A DNA stretch of 5,858 bases from a virus. Its lineage: Duplodnaviria > Heunggongvirae > Uroviricota > Caudoviricetes. Positions 1 through 5,858 of the stretch are shown one piece after another. The position numbers and the translations under genes are program-made. The DNA lies in IMG/VR virus record IMGVR_UViG_3300028992_000037; one strand, 5' to 3'. Within the stretch, counting starts at the first letter, position 1; every line of letters begins with the position of its first letter. Under the pieces are notes generated by a model. That model ran no database searches. It saw nothing but the letters and a program-made list of their open reading frames with translations, and was not told the origin of the DNA.

Positions 1-27
1 ATGCCCCTTACTGCTGCCTTTACCCAT
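1..27 (-). CDS. J: 5' end of tail tip attachment / central tail fibre protein J (partial, continues beyond the window start)
   Basis: The minus strand from 27 down to 1 reads ATG GGT AAA GGC AGC AGT AAG GGG CAT, i.e. MGKGSSKGH, which matches the N-terminus of lambda gpJ as I recall it. A GGAG Shine-Dalgarno lies 8 nt upstream (36..39). The 60-nt gap after the I stop reproduces the lambda I-J spacing as I recall it. Only 9 codons are visible, so the call rests on sequence identity and synteny. Confidence 0.6.
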
Positions 28-41
28 TCGTCACGCTCCAT

Positions 42-69
42 AAACGACAAAACCGCCCGCAGGCGGTTT
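42..69 (-). terminator. GC-rich hairpin followed by a U-run in the I-J intergenic spacer; candidate intrinsic terminator or attenuator
   Basis: Seen directly: on the minus strand AAACCGCC (69..62), loop UGCG (61..58), GGCGGUUU (57..50), followed by UGUCGUUU. This is an 8-bp stem (5 G:C pairs) with a 4-nt loop and a T-rich tail, lying between the I stop (88..90) and the J ribosome-binding site. Confidence 0.35.
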
Positions 70-87
70 CACATAAAACATTTTTCA

Positions 88-729
88 TCAGCGACCAATC
101 ACCACAACCTGACCACCATCACCTTCATCTGCTGTGCTGATCTCCTGAGATACCACCCGCGACCCCACACGCATTTCACCGTACAGAACGGGCAGGACAT
201 TGCCCTGGGCAACCATATTATCCAGTGAAGAAAAATAGGTGTTCTGTTTGCCGTTATCCGTTGTCTGTGTGCGGGGGGTTTTGGGTTTAGGGGCCAGCAT
301 CTGTGCAACACCGCCAAGCGTCATACTGGCACCGAGAGAAAACAGCAGATTACTCGCCATAATTCCTACCCCCGGCATCCATATAGCAACCGCCATAACA
401 GCCGCCCCCAGCACAGCCTGAAACACACCGCCACTTTTGGCTCCCGCCAGACGCGGCACGATATGGATCACAGCACCATTTGCCAGCGGTTCATTAAGAC
501 GGGCTGATAATTCCGTTTCACCTGTATCACGCCCGGCAATGCGTACCTGATACCAGCCGTCGCTCAGCTTCTGACGAAACGCCGGGATCTGCATGGCCAG
601 CGCCCGGATGGCTTCGGCCCCCGTTTTCACACGCAGATCGATGCGGCGGCCAAATCGTTGTAAATCCCCGTAAAGGCAGATGCGCGCCATGCCCGGTGAC
701 GCCAGAGGGAGTGTGTGCGTCGCTGCCAT
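88..729 (-). CDS. I: Tail assembly protein I (lambda gpI-like)
   Basis: 213-aa ORF starting MAATHTLPLASPGMARICLYGDLQRFGRRIDLRVKTG, which matches the lambda gpI N-terminus as I recall it. It overlaps the 3' end of K by 103 nt in another frame, the same overlap I recall for lambda K/I. It sits between K and J, has high GC, and includes a hydrophobic glycine/alanine-rich central segment. Confidence 0.9.
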   Translation of the reverse strand: MAATHTLPLASPGMARICLYGDLQRFGRRIDLRVKTGAEAIRALAMQIPAFRQKLSDGWYQVRIAGRDTGETELSARLNEPLANGAVIHIVPRLAGAKSGGVFQAVLGAAVMAVAIWMPGVGIMASNLLFSLGASMTLGGVAQMLAPKPKTPRTQTTDNGKQNTYFSSLDNMVAQGNVLPVLYGEMRVGSRVVSQEISTADEGDGGQVVVIGR

Positions 730-1370
730 TTGTCGGTATACCTCTCTCGTTTGCTCAGTTGTTCAGGAATATGGTGCAGCAGCTCGCCGTCACCACAGTA
801 AATGGCGGCATGATTCGGCACCGATGAACCAAAGCAGCACAGCAGCACATCGCCCGGTTGTGCTGATGACAACGGCACCTGATACAGCCCTGTGGCCTCC
901 AGATTATCCAGATAGAGATTCTGACCGTGACGCCACCAGTCATCCCCGCGATGAAAATCCGGCATCTCAATTCCCGCCAGATGGTAAGCGTCCCGGAACA
1001 GCGTGTAACAGTCCGTCACCCCGTGCTCAAAGCGCCGCCCGGTGAGATGCGGCACACAGCGGAATTTATGAATCGCCCCCCGGCAGACCAGCCACCACGG
1101 CAAATCACTCTGCACCTGCAGCCGCCGGTCGGCCTCACTCAGCCAGGGCAGACCACCGGGGTGGCTGTGGACCAGCGCCACAATCTCTCCCTGCATTTCT
1201 GCACTCAGCCAGTCCTCCGGCGACATCCGGAAATACGCCTCCGGCTCACCGGAGATATTCACGCAGGGAAAATATCTTTCCTCCTCCGGCGTTCTCACCA
1301 CGAAGCCGCACGACTCCGCTGGCGCACATCGCCGGGCGTGCGCCAGAATCGCTGATTCTGTCTCTGTCAT
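627..1370 (-). CDS. K: Tail tip assembly protein K (lambda gpK-like; N-terminal MPN/JAMM-type domain plus C-terminal NlpC/P60-type domain)
   Basis: 247-aa ORF beginning 5 nt after the L stop. It contains an exact JAMM motif, HSHPGGLPWLSEAD (H-x-H-x7-S-x2-D, aa 68-81), with an upstream Glu at aa 19. The C-terminal half has a Cys/His arrangement typical of NlpC/P60 (DCYTLF ... NHAAIY ... LLHHI). An alternative internal start at Met49 (1224..1226) is preceded by GGAGG and would correspond to the classical 199-aa lambda K. Confidence 0.88.
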   Translation of the reverse strand: MTETESAILAHARRCAPAESCGFVVRTPEEERYFPCVNISGEPEAYFRMSPEDWLSAEMQGEIVALVHSHPGGLPWLSEADRRLQVQSDLPWWLVCRGAIHKFRCVPHLTGRRFEHGVTDCYTLFRDAYHLAGIEMPDFHRGDDWWRHGQNLYLDNLEATGLYQVPLSSAQPGDVLLCCFGSSVPNHAAIYCGDGELLHHIPEQLSKRERYTDKWQRRTHSLWRHRAWRASAFTGIYNDLAAASICV

Positions 1371-1375
1371 GGGAT

Positions 1376-2074
1376 TTACTGCGAAAGTTTGTTAATGGAA
1401 AGGAAGCTGCCAAAGTTGCCGACATTATTGCGAAACTTACAGCCACTCAGGCATTTGCTGCATTTATCCTTCGTGATATCGGACGTCGGCTGGTCATATT
1501 CATCCGCGACCGCCGGACCGCTATAACCGCACTCATCGCCGCGATAGGTCCAGGTGCAGGTGTTGGCCAGCATGATACGTCCCGGAAAAACAGCGCCATC
1601 CGTTTCCGTCGGCGTGGACAGTACAAAAGAGGCACTGACCGCGCTCAGTTCGCTGCACTGCTCGATGCGCCAGCGGCTGATCACCTCCTGCTCCGGATCG
1701 GCTTCGCTGTTTCCGTTGACGAAGTTCACCGCATCCAGAAAGCGGGCGTAAACCTTACGCCGGACCACCGTTCCGCCGACCAGACTCTGCAGATCTTCCG
1801 CCATCCCGGTGATCATGCCGTGCAGGTTAGAGACCGTCAGTGTCGGACGGGCAGCACTGCCCTTGCCGTTCATCTCAAATCCACTCCCCTGAATGGGATA
1901 GGCCTGATACTGCCGACTCTGCCAGGTGACAGACTCACCTTTTTCGTTCTGCTCATTACAGAAAAAGTAGCGATCCCCGCCTACCTCGGTCAGGTCGATT
2001 TCCCAGAGCACCACGCTGGCCGACTGCTCCGCACGAATGCATTCATTCAGCGTTTCCTGTTGTATGTCCTGCAT
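1376..2074 (-). CDS. L: Minor tail protein L (lambda gpL-like, tail tip complex; cysteine cluster consistent with an Fe-S site)
   Basis: 232-aa ORF starting [12 protein letters not shown]...SASVVLWEIDLTEVGG, closely matching lambda gpL as I recall it, and the same length as lambda L (699 nt). Its ATG overlaps the M stop as ATGA (2072..2076). There is a C-terminal cysteine cluster (C173, C182, C205, C208, C212). Confidence 0.92.
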   Translation of the reverse strand: MQDIQQETLNECIRAEQSASVVLWEIDLTEVGGDRYFFCNEQNEKGESVTWQSRQYQAYPIQGSGFEMNGKGSAARPTLTVSNLHGMITGMAEDLQSLVGGTVVRRKVYARFLDAVNFVNGNSEADPEQEVISRWRIEQCSELSAVSASFVLSTPTETDGAVFPGRIMLANTCTWTYRGDECGYSGPAVADEYDQPTSDITKDKCSKCLSGCKFRNNVGNFGSFLSINKLSQ

Positions 2075-2412
2075 CAGATCACCACTTCGTCAAACTGACA
2101 CGAAAAATCGGTATAGGTGATATGTTCTGTCGCTGACCACGTTCGACACACCACTCTGATTTTTCTGTTAATACCCGGCGGGCGCCAAAAAAAAGATTTA
2201 TAGCCTTCATGCCGGGCTAAAAATTTTTCAAATGAATCACGTTCATTCGCCTCAACTTTGAAATCACAGGTGAAAACGCGCAGAGAATGATTAAGTCCAT
2301 TTGGACTTCGTTGCTCATAACCATCGCCAAATCTTACAGTTTTTATCGATGGTTTATTTTCTGTTTTCATTCCATCCTCTGGTAACCAGTGAAATTCTTC
2401 CGTATTAGCCAC
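2074..2412 (-). CDS. M: Minor tail protein M (gpM family, divergent from lambda gpM)
   Basis: 112-aa ORF with a GTG start that overlaps the H stop by 8 nt. The N-terminus ([28 protein letters not shown]) aligns with the lambda gpM N-terminal region (F-R-W...GM...VRFGDGY) as I recall it, and the C-terminus ends ...FDEVVI versus lambda ...FEQVVN. An alternative ATG start at 2368..2370 is preceded by GAGGA. GC content is markedly lower than in L, K and I. Confidence 0.8.
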   Translation of the reverse strand: MANTEEFHWLPEDGMKTENKPSIKTVRFGDGYEQRSPNGLNHSLRVFTCDFKVEANERDSFEKFLARHEGYKSFFWRPPGINRKIRVVCRTWSATEHITYTDFSCQFDEVVI

Positions 2413-5400
2413 TTAACATTCCCCCATCACGTCGCATATTTAACAGATTGCCCTGCACCCGCTGATCAACCATCCCCATAAGTGCTTTTATTGCCTGAGG
2501 GCCAATCTCTCCATTCTGGCCGTCATTTTGAATAGTGATTTGGTATACAGGGGCATAGGTAATATCTCCGCCTCCATTACCACTTTTACTATTAATAGCT
2601 CTGACACCAAGAGAACCATCGGAAGTTCGTGTTAATGGCATAATGGCTTCCGGACCAGCTTCACCAAAAACACCAGCCCCTCTTGCAAAAGCAAAAAATT
2701 GCGGGGAATCATAAATACCGTTCGAATACGTGTTCAATGACGGAGACTCATAAACACCGCCCTTTGCATTCGGAATAAATTTACTAATAGCACTCCCGAT
2801 AGTTCCTAAAATCCCCCCAGAAGAACTGTTACTAATGCTGTCGAAAATCCCAGTAATTGAAGCCTTTAATGCTATTCGACTAAGATCCGAAATCACGGAA
2901 GTAGCGAAAGAACGAAAATTTGCCTTGCCTGTCGTGACAAAATCACCCAACGCATCGGTCATTCCATCAAACATCTGAGTCGTGGTTGATTTTATCTGCT
3001 CACTGATATCCTTAGTGTCATCCAGCCAGTTATTGAATCCCTGGGAGGCACCACTAACCCAGTCTCCTGCCTGAATATCGAGCTGCTCGTTTTTCTGTCT
3101 GACAATTTCTTTTTCTCGTTCCAGAGCATCATTCAGAGCCTGCATTTTCTCCTGAAAAACATGATTTGACATCCCACGGGATTTATCTGCATAGTCACGT
3201 TCAAGTTGCAGACGCTGATTGTTATATTCACGTTCAATCCGCAGTAATTCCTGCTGGCGTTGCTGATTTTTATCGCCAACCCCATAACCAGCAATCTGAA
3301 TATCATACCCCTGTTGACGATTATCAATCGAAGCCTGCAATGAATCACGCCATGCAGCTATTTCGGCGGATTCCTTGATTAGCCTGTTATTTTTTTCAAT
3401 CGCAACATTTTTCTCCATCAACGCGGTTATTTCTTCCCGGTGTAAGAGAAGCGATTTCTGATCCTGGGTTAATTTCGATGACGGTCGTGACTCCAGGTCG
3501 GCAATCTGCTGACGCCACTTAACCAGTTCCTGTTCAGAGGAACTTAATTTAACGGTTAATTCAGTTTGTGAACTTAGTAACGCATTCTGTTGATTCAGAT
3601 GATCAATCATTCGTTGGGCAGCATCATCCGAATAACCTTTCGCCTTTGGTTGCTTTGGATCTTTATAACGCTCATTTATTTGAGCGATAAAATTATTATA
3701 TTCTTCCTTTGAATACTGACTCTTTAGCTTTTCCAGTTTTGCAAGTTCACTAGCTCTCTGCTGCTCCCGGGTCTGATATTGTTTTGAAAAGGCATCTGCT
3801 CTCTGTCTGAGTTCAATTCCTTCCTGTTGTCGCTTGTTGTAATCGTTTATTGATGAATTTAGGACGTCCTGAGCAATTTTTTCTGCTTGAAGTACGCCCA
3901 ATTGCTGCTTTAATCGTGCCAGCCTTTTATTTTGAGCTCCGCCATCTCCAATGCCACCTAACCCGAAAACTCCGGGTCGGGTATTTTTTTCTATTTCATC
4001 AATTTGACGGAGAACATCTGAGATTTTTTGATCAAGGGAGGCCTCACGGCCAATATCCAGCATGGAATCCCATGCCCATTTTGCGGAGTCTGCGACAGCT
4101 TTCCATGCAGTCTCAAGATAACCAAGATTTTCTTTAATCTGGTTGGTGCGCTGGATCATTGAGGATGAGTATGCTTCTGTCGCAATGCGGGCGGCCTCCT
4201 GCTGGTTCCCTTCATCCTGTAGCGCCTTAATCTGGTTATAAGTCGCAATTGTCAGAAAATGGTACTGATCATTAAGTTTTGATATGGCACTGACAGGATC
4301 CTTTGCAATTTCATTGAAGTCATTAACCAGTTGTTCGGTTGATATTCCTGTTACTTCGCTCGTTTTTACTATCGCTGTCGTCACTTGCTCCAGCGAACTG
4401 CTCGCTACCTTTCCCGAACGCACAAGCTGGTTTAATACTGCCGCCGCAGCGCCAGTTGTCGAATCAGCCGCATTCCCGGCACGTTGAGCTATATCGGCCA
4501 ATTGCCCGCTGGTTGTCCCCAACTGATTTCCGGTAAGAATAAGAGATTTATTAAATTCGTCCTGCTCCTGAGAGCCTTTATAGTAAGCCAGCCCTAAGAC
4601 GCCAACGGCTGCTGCGGCCAGGGTAAAAGGATTAATTAATCCCAGCACATAAGAACCAACACCTTTGATCGCCGGGCCAATCCCACCGAACATATCTTTT
4701 AGCTGGCCGCCCTGCTGCATTAACACCATAAAAGGCGACTGACCAGTGGACAACCCAACAACAATATCCGTCATTTGTGCAGGCAACATGCGCATAGCAA
4801 AAGCCGTTTGTTTTGCCGACATTCCGGTTTTGCTTAATTGAGATTGAGTAACCTCAAGCTCACTCCGCATAGCACGAAGTTTTCCAGAAAGTTCCTCATA
4901 CATTTCAGGAGAGAGCATCCCCTTAGCTTTTGCTTCATTGAGCTGTTTCTGTTGTTCTACCAGACGATTAAAAGCAGTTCCGACAGGGTCAAGTTGAGCA
5001 ATCAGACGTTGCAAAGCAGCAACCTGTTCATCATGCGCTTTTGCTGCTTCTCGCTCTGCCTGAGCCTCTCCGGTAAGCTCTCGCCGTGTTTCCTGTATTT
5101 TTCGGCTATAATTCTCAAACTGAGAACCATTTATTTTCCCGGATGCAAACGCAGCATTAAGTTCATCCTGCTGTTGTTCAAGATTTCTTAGCGCCGCAAC
5201 CAGAGGGTCGATCTTGTCCAGCATTCTTTGAAAGGCCTGAGCCTGCGATTCCTGCTGGGCGGCAGCAAGTTTTCCGGCCTTCTCGGCTTCTCTCTGCGCT
5301 TGCGCAACCCCGCTCAATTCCTCTGTGGTTTCATTAAGTTTACGGACAAGAAATTCATATTCTTCTTTATCAATAAGTCCTTTATCGAAAAATTTCTTTA

Positions 5401-5638
5401 ATTCAGAATAGCGTCGACCGACAGTATCAATTGCGGCACCAACTGGATCAATAGCTGCTTTTAATTTTGCGAGCGCGTTCTTCTCATCTTCTGTTGCCTT
5501 AGTCACTTTCCCTGCGCTATTTGCAGCAGTTTCCCCGGCCTGCGTCATTTTGACTAATGAGGAGGTCAGATTGTCAGCATTATTTTTTGCTCCAGTGCTA
5601 TCAATAATTATTGCGAGACGCGAGGTTTGCTCTGCCAT
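2405..5638 (-). CDS. H: Tail tape measure protein (lambda gpH family, extended to 1077 aa)
   Basis: Single 3234-nt ORF with a GGAG Shine-Dalgarno at 5648..5651, 9 nt before the ATG. It has three N-terminal repeats of about 48 aa (aa 63-110, 143-190, 216-263). A conserved hydrophobic block ([38 protein letters not shown]...[15 protein letters not shown], aa ~283-354) matches the corresponding lambda gpH segment as I recall it. A long central region is Q/E/K/R-rich and coiled-coil-like. The C-terminus (...[16 protein letters not shown]...[10 protein letters not shown]) resembles the lambda gpH C-terminus as I recall it. It sits immediately upstream of M-L-K-I-J. Confidence 0.92.
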   Translation of the reverse strand: MAEQTSRLAIIIDSTGAKNNADNLTSSLVKMTQAGETAANSAGKVTKATEDEKNALAKLKAAIDPVGAAIDTVGRRYSELKKFFDKGLIDKEEYEFLVRKLNETTEELSGVAQAQREAEKAGKLAAAQQESQAQAFQRMLDKIDPLVAALRNLEQQQDELNAAFASGKINGSQFENYSRKIQETRRELTGEAQAEREAAKAHDEQVAALQRLIAQLDPVGTAFNRLVEQQKQLNEAKAKGMLSPEMYEELSGKLRAMRSELEVTQSQLSKTGMSAKQTAFAMRMLPAQMTDIVVGLSTGQSPFMVLMQQGGQLKDMFGGIGPAIKGVGSYVLGLINPFTLAAAAVGVLGLAYYKGSQEQDEFNKSLILTGNQLGTTSGQLADIAQRAGNAADSTTGAAAAVLNQLVRSGKVASSSLEQVTTAIVKTSEVTGISTEQLVNDFNEIAKDPVSAISKLNDQYHFLTIATYNQIKALQDEGNQQEAARIATEAYSSSMIQRTNQIKENLGYLETAWKAVADSAKWAWDSMLDIGREASLDQKISDVLRQIDEIEKNTRPGVFGLGGIGDGGAQNKRLARLKQQLGVLQAEKIAQDVLNSSINDYNKRQQEGIELRQRADAFSKQYQTREQQRASELAKLEKLKSQYSKEEYNNFIAQINERYKDPKQPKAKGYSDDAAQRMIDHLNQQNALLSSQTELTVKLSSSEQELVKWRQQIADLESRPSSKLTQDQKSLLLHREEITALMEKNVAIEKNNRLIKESAEIAAWRDSLQASIDNRQQGYDIQIAGYGVGDKNQQRQQELLRIEREYNNQRLQLERDYADKSRGMSNHVFQEKMQALNDALEREKEIVRQKNEQLDIQAGDWVSGASQGFNNWLDDTKDISEQIKSTTTQMFDGMTDALGDFVTTGKANFRSFATSVISDLSRIALKASITGIFDSISNSSSGGILGTIGSAISKFIPNAKGGVYESPSLNTYSNGIYDSPQFFAFARGAGVFGEAGPEAIMPLTRTSDGSLGVRAINSKSGNGGGDITYAPVYQITIQNDGQNGEIGPQAIKALMGMVDQRVQGNLLNMRRDGGMLSG

Positions 5639-5798
5639 TTATTAAAACTCCAGACAACAAAAAGCCCACCGAAGTGGGTTTCAGGCGACATAATAGTAGA
5701 TATAGCGATTACGAGGCCACGCAATGCTTTTCTCCAGGAGCATCATCGATTTAATTAAAGACACCTGAAGTGGTTTACTGAATTTGGCCACCTGAACA

Positions 5799-5817
5799 GA
5801 GGTGATATGCTCACCTC
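5799..5817. promoter_or_regulatory. 7-bp perfect inverted repeat (GAGGTGA / TCACCTC) with a 5-nt spacer; candidate operator or protein-binding site upstream of a plus-strand gene start
   Basis: Seen directly: GAGGTGA at 5799..5805 and TCACCTC at 5811..5817 are reverse complements. Further CACCTG/CAGGTG copies lie nearby (5762..5767, 5789..5794, 5827..5832). The repeat is 20 nt upstream of the ATG at 5838. Confidence 0.3.
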
Positions 5818-5837
5818 AGAACAACACAGGTGCCATA

Positions 5838-5858
5838 ATGAAAAAAAGAAATTTCAGC
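5838..5858 (+). CDS. Possible 5' end of a plus-strand gene of unknown function (MKKRNFS..., continues beyond the window end), divergent from the tail operon
   Basis: ATG AAA AAA AGA AAT TTC AGC runs to the window end with no stop. An AGGTG Shine-Dalgarno-like motif lies 5 nt upstream (5828..5832). The Lys/Arg-rich N-terminus is typical of a signal peptide or membrane-protein start. Only 7 codons are visible, so this is tentative. Confidence 0.25.

Noticed and set aside
1-228. Plus-strand ORF of 75 aa beginning at the first base of the window
   Set aside because: It is antisense to the J start, the I-J spacer and the 3' end of I, has no recognisable motif, and the minus strand here is explained by strongly supported lambda-like genes.
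99-317. Minus-strand 72-aa ORF nested inside I in another frame
   Set aside because: It is fully embedded in the I coding region with no independent start signal, so it is a likely frame artefact.
755-970. Minus-strand 71-aa Cys-rich ORF nested inside K
   Set aside because: It is an alternative frame of the K gene. Its cysteine richness is a by-product of the GC-rich codons read out of frame.
680-1355. Two plus-strand ORFs (680..1045, 121 aa and 927..1355, 142 aa) antisense to K
   Set aside because: Long antisense ORFs are expected by chance in GC-rich coding DNA. The products are Pro/Arg-rich and low-complexity, and the opposite strand encodes a K protein with intact catalytic motifs.
1246-1635. 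Short minus-strand ORFs (1246..1446 and 1447..1635) overlapping the K start and L end
   Set aside because: They are out-of-frame overlaps of K and L with no start signals and no recognisable features.
1554-2098. Plus-strand ORFs 1554..1751 and 1820..2098, antisense to L
   Set aside because: They are antisense to the well-supported L gene, with no motifs or translation signals.
2187-2194. A8 homopolymer (T8 on the coding strand) inside M, considered as a slipped-strand or frameshift site
   Set aside because: It encodes the conserved KSFFW segment in frame. A single 8-nt run is short for phase variation, and no alternative frame opens a meaningful ORF.
3133-5191. Several 65-117-aa ORFs on both strands inside the H coding region (for example 3166..3378 +, 3850..4137 +, 4838..5191 +)
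   Set aside because: All are embedded in or antisense to the tape measure gene. They are low-complexity and Leu/Phe/Ser-rich, as expected from AT-rich antisense sequence, and lack start signals.
5665-5678. CCCAC-loop-GTGGG hairpin with a flanking T-run upstream of H, considered as an intrinsic terminator
   Set aside because: The stem is only 5 bp. That is too weak to call a terminator confidently, so it is noted inside the spacer finding rather than annotated as a feature.
5681-5746. Minus-strand mini-ORF (about 21 aa, MMLLEKSIAWPRNRYIYYYVA) in the spacer upstream of H
   Set aside because: It has no Shine-Dalgarno, is very short and low-complexity. It is more likely non-coding spacer, although a small leader peptide cannot be excluded.
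1-5858. Checked for CRISPR repeats, tRNA-like structures, integrase or transposase genes and attachment-site-like direct repeats
   Set aside because: No regularly spaced direct repeats, cloverleaf-compatible segments or recombinase-like ORFs were seen. The window is internal to a tail gene cluster.

Overview
This window is the distal tail-assembly block of a lambda-like (lambdoid siphovirus) prophage or phage, with every tail gene on the minus strand. Reading in the direction of transcription (high to low coordinates) the order is: tape measure protein H (2405..5638, 1077 aa), minor tail protein M (2074..2412), minor tail protein L (1376..2074), tail tip assembly protein K (627..1370), tail assembly protein I (88..729), and the first nine codons of tip attachment protein J (1..27). 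Three things stand out. First, the block looks mosaic: H and M are AT-rich and divergent from lambda as I recall it, while L, K, I and the J start are GC-rich and closely lambda-like, with the break at the M/L ATGA overlap. Second, the tape measure protein is about a quarter longer than lambda gpH and carries a triplicated N-terminal repeat. Third, the 220 bp upstream of H contain no G/T chaperone-type reading frame; instead there is an AT-rich spacer with a small hairpin, a 7-bp inverted repeat and an apparent divergent gene start on the plus strand. All homology statements rest on my recollection of lambda protein sequences and gene layout, not on a database search. I did not find any tRNA, CRISPR array, integrase or IS element in the window.
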